A stretch of DNA of 14,130 nt from an uncultured Nannocystaceae bacterium (GTDB lineage Bacteria; Myxococcota_A; Polyangia; Nannocystales; Nannocystaceae). The notes below the pieces were generated by a model. That model searched no databases and was not told where the DNA came from. It was given only the letters and a program-made list of their open reading frames with translations. Shown here piece after piece: positions 6,145-14,130 of the stretch (position 1 is the first letter of the stretch; each line of letters opens with the position of its first letter). The stretch is taken from positions 1 through 14,130 of the forward strand of contig CAYGMZ010000104.1 of assembly GCA_964350925.1 (NCBI GenBank). Direction: 5' to 3'. The translations under genes were made by a program, and so were the position numbers.

Positions 6145-7233
6145 TCAGTCCTTGCGGACCAGGCGCAGGCGCTCGGTGAGCTCCTCGCCGCCGAAGACGA
6201 CGGTGAGGTTCGGGATCGAGCCCGCCAGCTCCTTGAGGGCCTCGAGCTCCTTGAGGCGCAGGAGCACCGGGTTGTTCTCCAGCATGCGCGCCGTGTTGGC
6301 GAGCGAGCGGGTCGCAGCCACCTCCTCACGGCGGTGGATGACCTGCGCGGCGGCCTGCTTCTCCGCCTCGATGACGCGGTTGAGCAGGAGCTTCATGTCG
6401 CCCGGCAGGATGACGTCCTTGATGTCGAGGCGAAGCACCTCGACCCCCCAGCCCTTGGCTCGCGCGCCGATCAGCTCGCGCATGCGAGCCGAGTGGACCA
6501 CGCGGTCCTCGAGCAGGCCGTCGACCGTCACACCGCCCACGACCTCGCGGGCGACGATCTGCATCTCGCCGTACAGGGCGGTCCGCAGATCGGTGACCGC
6601 ACCCACCGCGGCGACCGGATCGACGATCCGGTGCTTGAGCAGCAGGTTTAGCCGCAGGGTGACCTTGTCCCGGGTGATCAGCTCCTGGCCGATCGAGCCG
6701 AGCTCCTGCTCACGCAGCTCGAGCTTGGTCACCGAGACCTTCCGACGGAAGGCATCGACCAGGTGACGACCCGGCCCGAGGACCGTGCGCAGCTCGCCGT
6801 CGACGAACAGCACGGCGCGCTCGTGGGTGCCGACGATCACGTCGAGACCCAGGGTGTCCGGCACCAGGGCACGGAAGCCCGCCGGCACGTCGAGCAGATC
6901 GCCGCCGCGATCGCGCAGCTCCGCGAGCACGGTGCCACGCACCTGCCACAGCAGGTAGCGGCCCGGCCCGAGCACCGCGAGCGGCAGCTCGTGGCGCGAC
7001 AGGAGGGCGATCTGATCCTCGGCCACCTCGAGCACGTCGCCCTCGTCGGTCGGGACGGCCTTCTCGAGCTCGGGGCTGAGGACGTCCCAGCCCGCATCGA
7101 CGCCGTAGGTGCGGATCTTCAGCTCGCGACCGAGGGTCCACCGACGGTGGCGACCCGGACGCAGGTAGTCGGTCAGCCGGCCATCCCGGAACAGGAGGGC
7201 CCGCTCGTGCTCTCGAACGATGGTGTGAAACAT
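6145..7233 (-). CDS. SPFH / band-7 (stomatin-prohibitin-flotillin-HflK/C) domain protein, 362 aa, with no N-terminal TM segment
   Basis: ATG at 7233 with GGAGAG 7 nt upstream. The protein starts MFHTIVREHERALLFRDGRL. The N-terminal motif is duplicated: 'HERALLFRDGRLTDYLRPGRH' and 'HERAVLFVDGELRTVLGPGRH'. The SPFH core ('ITRDKVTLRLNLLLKHRIVDPVAAVGAV...LRLDIKDVILPGDMKLLLNRVIEAEKQAAAQVIHRREEVAATRS') and the C-terminal coiled region are typical of the family. The upstream 78 codons of the track ORF are Pro/Arg-rich and rejected. Confidence 0.85.
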   Translation of the reverse strand: MFHTIVREHERALLFRDGRLTDYLRPGRHRRWTLGRELKIRTYGVDAGWDVLSPELEKAVPTDEGDVLEVAEDQIALLSRHELPLAVLGPGRYLLWQVRGTVLAELRDRGGDLLDVPAGFRALVPDTLGLDVIVGTHERAVLFVDGELRTVLGPGRHLVDAFRRKVSVTKLELREQELGSIGQELITRDKVTLRLNLLLKHRIVDPVAAVGAVTDLRTALYGEMQIVAREVVGGVTVDGLLEDRVVHSARMRELIGARAKGWGVEVLRLDIKDVILPGDMKLLLNRVIEAEKQAAAQVIHRREEVAATRSLANTARMLENNPVLLRLKELEALKELAGSIPNLTVVFGGEELTERLRLVRKD

Positions 7234-7249
7234 GGTGATCGCTCTCCAG

Positions 7250-7276
7250 GTGAGGGGTTGAACGTGAGGGGTTGAG
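7250..7276 (-). promoter_or_regulatory. Tandem direct repeat (2 x 12 bp, GTGAGGGGTTGA on the plus strand, i.e. TCAACCCCTCAC on the coding strand) in the leader immediately upstream of the SPFH start
   Basis: Direct read: ggtgaggggttgaacgtgaggggttgagc, followed by a G-run (a C-rich leader on the minus strand). Confidence 0.3.
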
Positions 7277-7597
7277 CAGGGGGGGTGAGTGGGAGGCCTG
7301 AAGGGAGGCGTGCTCGGAGAAAAGGAACCGGTCGGGGTGCTCCAAGACGGGCCTCGGCGGGCATCGACAGGCGGGCCCCTCCAGCGGGGGAGAGACGCGA
7401 GCCACGGCGGCGCACCGAGGCGCGCCGCGTCTTTGCGCGAGCCGGGCCAGCCGACCCCCGGCCTCACCGCGGGTTGCCCCGGGGCTCGGCCGGTTCGGGA
7501 GGTGACCCCTTCCGGCGTGTTGTGAACCGACTAGTGTCGATGATTGCTGCCGAATCTCGAGTTCGGTGTTCGTACCGTCGAACGTGCGATCCCTGAA

Positions 7598-7625
7598 TGG
7601 CGGAATCGTGAGGAGTCGAACCTCT
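7598..7625 (-). other. tRNA 3'-half-like fragment: T-arm plus acceptor, ending GCCA
   Basis: The minus strand reads TAGAGGTTCGACTCCTCACGATTCCGCCA. The (G)AGG-TTCGACT-CCTC T-arm-like hairpin, 7-nt strand, G and CCA are present. No convincing 5' half, D-arm or anticodon arm could be folded. Confidence 0.2.
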
Positions 7626-7757
7626 AGCAGGGGGCAAATCCGCCTCCGAGCGAGGCAGGCTTGCGTTCTCCAGTCCGCAGGCCGATGTGCGGGACGTACG
7701 GGCACGAACCCATCGGTGCACCCGGACGCCGCTGGTTGTTCCCGCGGACCTTCAACG

Positions 7758-7776
7758 GGGGGAGGATCGCTCCCCC
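7758..7776. other. Perfect 7-bp GC hairpin GGGGGAG-gatcg-CTCCCCC in non-coding DNA
   Basis: Direct read. Confidence 0.3.
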
Positions 7777-7836
7777 GAATCTTCGAATGGGGCGCGCGCC
7801 GGCGGCGACGAGGTCACCGCCGGGCGTCCACTTTGC

Positions 7837-7854
7837 GAGGCCGTGCTCGGCCTC
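7837..7854. other. Perfect 7-bp hairpin GAGGCCG-tgct-CGGCCTC, about 25 nt downstream (minus strand) of the mini-ORF stop
   Basis: Direct read. A possible terminator, but there is no U-tail. Confidence 0.3.
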
Positions 7855-7878
7855 CGGGTTGGAGTTGAGGTGAATCCC

Positions 7879-7950
7879 TCAGCGCCGGTACGCAGCTGCG
7901 GACCGGTCACAGTAGAGGGCGTAGAAGTAGATGAATAGGCGCATGAACAT
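7879..7950 (-). CDS. 23-codon aromatic-rich mini-ORF (MFMRLFIYFYALYCDRSAAAYRR) with a perfect Shine-Dalgarno sequence. Could be a leader peptide or a small hydrophobic peptide.
   Basis: On the minus strand, AGGAGG (plus-strand 7959-7964) is followed by an 8-nt spacer, ATG at 7950, and TGA at 7879-7881. Codons are unusually AT-rich for this genome (TTC, ATC, TAC x3). Confidence 0.25.
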   Translation of the reverse strand: MFMRLFIYFYALYCDRSAAAYRR

Positions 7951-8412
7951 GATGGTTTCCTCCTGTTCGGCCCCCCAGCGCCGGCCGGTGCCGCCCGCCA
8001 TCACACGATGCAAGGGGCGGACCACTCGGATGGGTGGGCCGTCTTCAACGTCATCCCTGGTTGAGCGGGATGACGAGGAGCTCGGGCCGTCAGCGGGAGC
8101 GTGCTCGCACGAGAAGTCGCGTCACGCCCGGGGCCCGCACGAACCGCTGGTGCGTGGTCCTTGGACCGACGCAGCGGGGTTCGGGGCGATGTGGACGTGG
8201 GACTTCAACGAACGAGCTCTCCTCGGTGAACGAAACCGGACTAGCACCCGTAGACGGAGGGAGCAAAGAACGATTCACACCTTTTTGCGCCGTGACGAGA
8301 CCATGATGCTTCGTCGGGCTCGGCCCGCGTCCGTCCACGACACCGCTGTCGCACGGACTGACGCGCGCGCCCTGTCGTGTCGTGACTCCGGTCGAGTGCT
8401 ACGTTGGTGGAG

Positions 8413-8643
8413 ATGGTCGGCGCACGCACGCTCCTCATCGCGGACGCCCGCGGCGCCTCCATCGAGATCATGCTCGGTGTGCCCCTGCTTCGAACCGACG
8501 GGCAGTGGTGTTGCCGGATCCACGCCCTCGATCCGAACATCGACGGCGTGACCATGGTCGCCTCCACGCCCGAGCTCGCGCAGAGCCGGGCGGCGTGGTT
8601 CGCCCGGGATGCCGTCCGCGGTCCCGAGCACTGGAGCGAGTGA
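8413..8643 (+). CDS. Small hypothetical protein, 76 aa. Alternative TTG and GTG starts lie at 8404 and 8407.
   Basis: MVGARTLLIADARGASIEIMLGVPLLRTDGQWCCRIHALDPNIDGVTMVASTPELAQSRAAWFARDAVRGPEHWSE. GC3 is very high (about 85-90%) and composition is balanced, in contrast to the surrounding lower-GC non-coding DNA. I cannot assign a family. Confidence 0.35.
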   Translation: MVGARTLLIADARGASIEIMLGVPLLRTDGQWCCRIHALDPNIDGVTMVASTPELAQSRAAWFARDAVRGPEHWSE

Positions 8644-8745
8644 GCTCGAGGCTCCCCGCGACCTCCGCCCTGCCCATGAGCCGCTCCAAAACGACGTTCC
8701 GTCCGCCACCGCACCCGGCGGCGGAGCGGTGCACTACATTCGCGG

Positions 8746-10116
<1,371 letters not shown>

Positions 10117-10249
10117 GCAGGCTCGATGGGTGGGCTCCGGGGTGCGTCTGGGCGATCGGCTCCACCGGAGGTTCGGTTCGCGGGGGTGAGCGCGAGCCCC
10201 AACTCGGAGCTGAGCTACTGGTTCGGGGCCGAGGTGGGCGACGAGATCG

Positions 10250-10723
10250 ATGAGAAGTGGTGGGTTGGCGACTGTGCCGCCACCGTCCGGCGCGCCCGCG
10301 TCCAGGTCCCAACCGCTGCGGCTGCGCGTGGAGTCGAGCGAACCGAACCGCGAGGTGCTCACCGCGCCCGATGCGTCGGGGTGGTCGATCGAGCTCACCT
10401 ACTCGAGCGCCGAGGCGATGGAGGCCATGGCGGGCGGACGGCACGACTTCTGCGAAGACGACCCGGTGCAAGCCACCTGGACCGGCTCGGCCGGGGAAGA
10501 GCTCACTTTCGAGTGGGGCCTGTTCGGGGTCGACGCCTTTCGCGTGGGCGATCGAACCGTCTTGCCCGACGTGGGGAGGACGGGGCAGTTCGTCGCACGC
10601 TCCTTCTCGGATCAGGGCCTGCTGGTCGATGACGTGGAGCTACAGCTCCCGATGCTGAGGGCGCGAACCGGGTGTGGGCAGCAAACGAGGACCGCGTTCG
10701 TCTTCAACTCCTCGGGCTGCTGA
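10250..10723 (+). CDS. Hypothetical protein, 157 aa. The N-terminal extent is uncertain and a frameshift with the upstream frame-1 ORF (10126-) is possible.
   Basis: Frame 2 is protein-like from about 10310: 'LRLRVESSEPNREVLTAPDASGWSIELTYSSAEAMEAMAGGRHDFCEDDPVQATWTGSAGEELTFEWGLFGVDAFRVGDRTVLPDVGRTGQFVARSFSDQGLLVDDVELQLPM...'. Frame 1 is protein-like only from about 10190 to 10290 ('SELSYWFGAEVGDEIDEKWWVGD'). Confidence 0.4.
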   Translation: MRSGGLATVPPPSGAPASRSQPLRLRVESSEPNREVLTAPDASGWSIELTYSSAEAMEAMAGGRHDFCEDDPVQATWTGSAGEELTFEWGLFGVDAFRVGDRTVLPDVGRTGQFVARSFSDQGLLVDDVELQLPMLRARTGCGQQTRTAFVFNSSGC

Positions 10724-10890
10724 ACGCGCATTCGCAGCAGCGGGACGCTACCCCTCACGCACCCGCCCCCTCGGTGGCGGTCGACCGGTCACCCCCTCCT
10801 CCTCGATCGTGTCGAAGCGATGAGCGAGCACGTCGCAGACCTGCTCGCCGGGCCGGCCCCACCCATTCCCTTGGCGAGAAACGAGACGCG

Positions 10891-10941
10891 ATGTCGCGTT
10901 CTCGGGCAAGAGACCCCGGCCCTTCGCCGGGAACGCGACAT
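10891..10941. promoter_or_regulatory. Compound palindrome: an 11-bp perfect inverted repeat, ATGTCGCGTTC ... GAACGCGACAT, flanking an inner CCCGGC-ccttc-GCCGGG hairpin. It sits between the hypothetical gene and the kinase gene, and could be a terminator or an operator.
   Basis: Direct read at 10891-10901 and 10931-10941, with the inner hairpin at 10915-10931. Confidence 0.3.
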
Positions 10942-11040
10942 CACGTCGCATCTTCGTCCAGGGCATCGAAGCGCGCACCAGGGCGGGGACGCGCTCACCT
11001 CCTCTCGCCCGTCGGCAGCGCGGTGCGCCAGCGCGTATGA

Positions 11041-12699
<1,659 letters not shown>

Positions 12700-12708
12700 G
12701 CTTCGCCG

Positions 12709-14103
12709 ATGCGCCGGGCCGGACCGATCGCCCTCTGCCTGCTGTTCGCGTGCGGGGGCTCAGACCAGCAAGCCGCCGGGGAGGCCAGCGCCAGCCCCGA
12801 GCCAGCCGCGACCGAGACCGGTGAGGCTCCCGAGCCCGAAGAACTCGAGGAGCCCGAGGAACCCGAGCAACCCGAGGAGCCCGAGGGCCCCACCGAGGCC
12901 GAGCGGATCACCGCCGGCGAGTGGGTCGAGATCCGCAAGGGCCAGTCCCTGTCCAAGATCGCTCAGAAGACCGGGCTCAGCGGCAAGGAGGCCTACCGCC
13001 TCACCATGGCCCTGTCCGAGCACATGGACGTGGAGAAGATCAAGATCGGCCAGCGCTGGCGCTCGCGCAAGCAGGCCGATCCCGACGCGCCCGACTTCGA
13101 GTTCGAGCTGTCCACCACGCAGCGGGTCGCCGCCACCAACGGCGACGACGGCTGGACCGCCGAGCTGGTCGAAGTCGCCACGGTGAAGGAGCCGATCCTG
13201 GTGTCGGGGGAGATCCGCTCATCCCTGTGGAAGGCGGTCGAGGACGCGGGCCAGGATCCCGCCCTCGTGGCCACGATCGCTGACGCGTTCGCCTACGACA
13301 TCGACTTCCACGCCCAGACCCGTAAGGGCGACCGCTTCGCCCTGGTCGTCGAGCGCGAGCTGCTCGAGGACGACGGCAGCTTCGTGGGCTACGGACAGGT
13401 GCTCGCCGCCGCCTACGCCGGCACCTCGGCGGGCGACCACCGGCTGTACTGGTGGGATCCGCCGGGCAAGCGACCCCCGGCCTACTTCGACGCCGAGGGC
13501 CAGGGGGTCACGCGCAGCTTCCTCAAGTCGCCGCTCAAGTTCTCCCGGGTCAGCTCCGACTTCGACCCCAAGCGCATGCACCCGATCCTTCACCGGGAAA
13601 AGGGGCACATGGGCACGGACTACGCGGCCCCCGAGGGCACACCGATCTGGGCCGCCGCGGACGGCAAGATCGCCTTTCGCAAGATGGGCAAGGGGGCCGG
13701 CAACATGGTGATCATCGATCATGGCAACGGCCTGGTGACCCTGTACATGCACCTCTCGGCCTTCGAGGAGGGGCAAAAGGTGGGCACGCGGGTCAAGCAG
13801 AAGGACGTGATCGGCTACGTCGGCATGACCGGCCTCGCCACGGGCCCCCACCTGCACTTCGGGGTGAAGAAGCACGGCAAGTACGTCGACCCCATGTCGG
13901 TGGACCGCGCCCGCGCCCCCGGGGTGAAGAAGAAGAACCGCGACAAGTTCGAGAAGGAGATCCGGCCGTACATCCAGCAGCTCGACGAGGCGATGGCGGT
14001 GGATGAACCGGAGCCCGAGGCCCTCGAAGACACCGAGGGCGATCCCGTCCCCGAGGATGACGCGCCAGCCGTCGACACCGACGGCGCCGACACCGACGGC
14101 TAG
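12709..14103 (+). CDS. M23-family (LytM/MepM/Csd3-like) metallo-endopeptidase lipoprotein with an OapA/LysM-like N-terminal domain and acidic PE-rich and D-rich tails
   Basis: Signal MRRAGPIALCLLFAC (lipobox LFAC), then the linker 'EPEPEELEEPEEPEQPEEPEGP'. The OapA-like stretch is 'EWVEIRKGQSLSKIAQKTGLSGKEAYRLTMALSEHMDVEKIKIGQRW'. M23 motifs: 'HMGTDYAAPEGTPIWAAADGKI' (HxxxD) and 'GYVGMTGLATGPHLHFGV' (HxH). The start is 9 nt after the kinase stop, so the two are probably in one operon. Confidence 0.9.
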   Translation: MRRAGPIALCLLFACGGSDQQAAGEASASPEPAATETGEAPEPEELEEPEEPEQPEEPEGPTEAERITAGEWVEIRKGQSLSKIAQKTGLSGKEAYRLTMALSEHMDVEKIKIGQRWRSRKQADPDAPDFEFELSTTQRVAATNGDDGWTAELVEVATVKEPILVSGEIRSSLWKAVEDAGQDPALVATIADAFAYDIDFHAQTRKGDRFALVVERELLEDDGSFVGYGQVLAAAYAGTSAGDHRLYWWDPPGKRPPAYFDAEGQGVTRSFLKSPLKFSRVSSDFDPKRMHPILHREKGHMGTDYAAPEGTPIWAAADGKIAFRKMGKGAGNMVIIDHGNGLVTLYMHLSAFEEGQKVGTRVKQKDVIGYVGMTGLATGPHLHFGVKKHGKYVDPMSVDRARAPGVKKKNRDKFEKEIRPYIQQLDEAMAVDEPEPEALEDTEGDPVPEDDAPAVDTDGADTDG

Positions 14104-14130
14104 CGCCCCAGTTTGGCGTAGTCGGCGTGC

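Noticed and set aside
6710-7705. 331-aa minus-strand ORF and the 78-codon N-terminal extension of the SPFH ORF (7234..7467)
   Set aside because: Pro/Arg-rich with no start context. The SPFH gene has a clean ATG plus RBS at 7233.
7931-8551. 206-aa plus-strand ORF in the long intergenic region
   Set aside because: Low GC3, Arg/Ser/Thr-rich, and multiple Met/stop-dense neighbouring frames. It looks non-coding.

Overview
The window is about 70% GC and has the architecture and lipoprotein signals of a myxobacterial-type (deltaproteobacterial) genome. I can support 14 plausible protein-coding genes, one disrupted gene, and a tight cluster of four tRNA genes: tRNA-Ser(CGA), tRNA-Ser(GCU), tRNA-Trp(CCA) and tRNA-Cys(GCA).

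The genes, in order:
- a 5'-truncated secreted protein with a (GD)n linker and two tandem Cys-containing domains
- a lipoprotein of unknown function
- two divergent FHA-like genes (2335-2835 and 3762-4139), each converging with a cognate minus-strand small-membrane-protein gene (or its tail-anchored partner) so tightly that stop codons touch or overlap, with the tRNA cluster between the two loci
- a tail-anchored membrane protein
- an outer-membrane-beta-barrel-like gene (ends in Phe) split into two reading frames; the junction coincides with a 163-bp element bounded by 18-bp imperfect inverted repeats, and excising it would restore the frame (candidate MITE)
- a cytoplasmic SPFH/band-7 protein
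- a lipoprotein family-I triacylglycerol lipase
- an operon of a Hanks-type Ser/Thr kinase with a LiaF-like (toast-rack) C-terminal domain followed by an OapA-M23 peptidase lipoprotein

Other features are a 1.5-kb non-coding stretch (7234-8745) carrying strong hairpins, a tRNA T-arm-like fragment and a 23-codon aromatic-rich mini-ORF behind a perfect AGGAGG; hexanucleotide (GGCGAY)n microsatellites encoding GD linkers; and a compound palindrome upstream of the kinase.

No CRISPR array, integrase or transposase is visible. All family assignments come from motifs read by eye, because no database search was possible.
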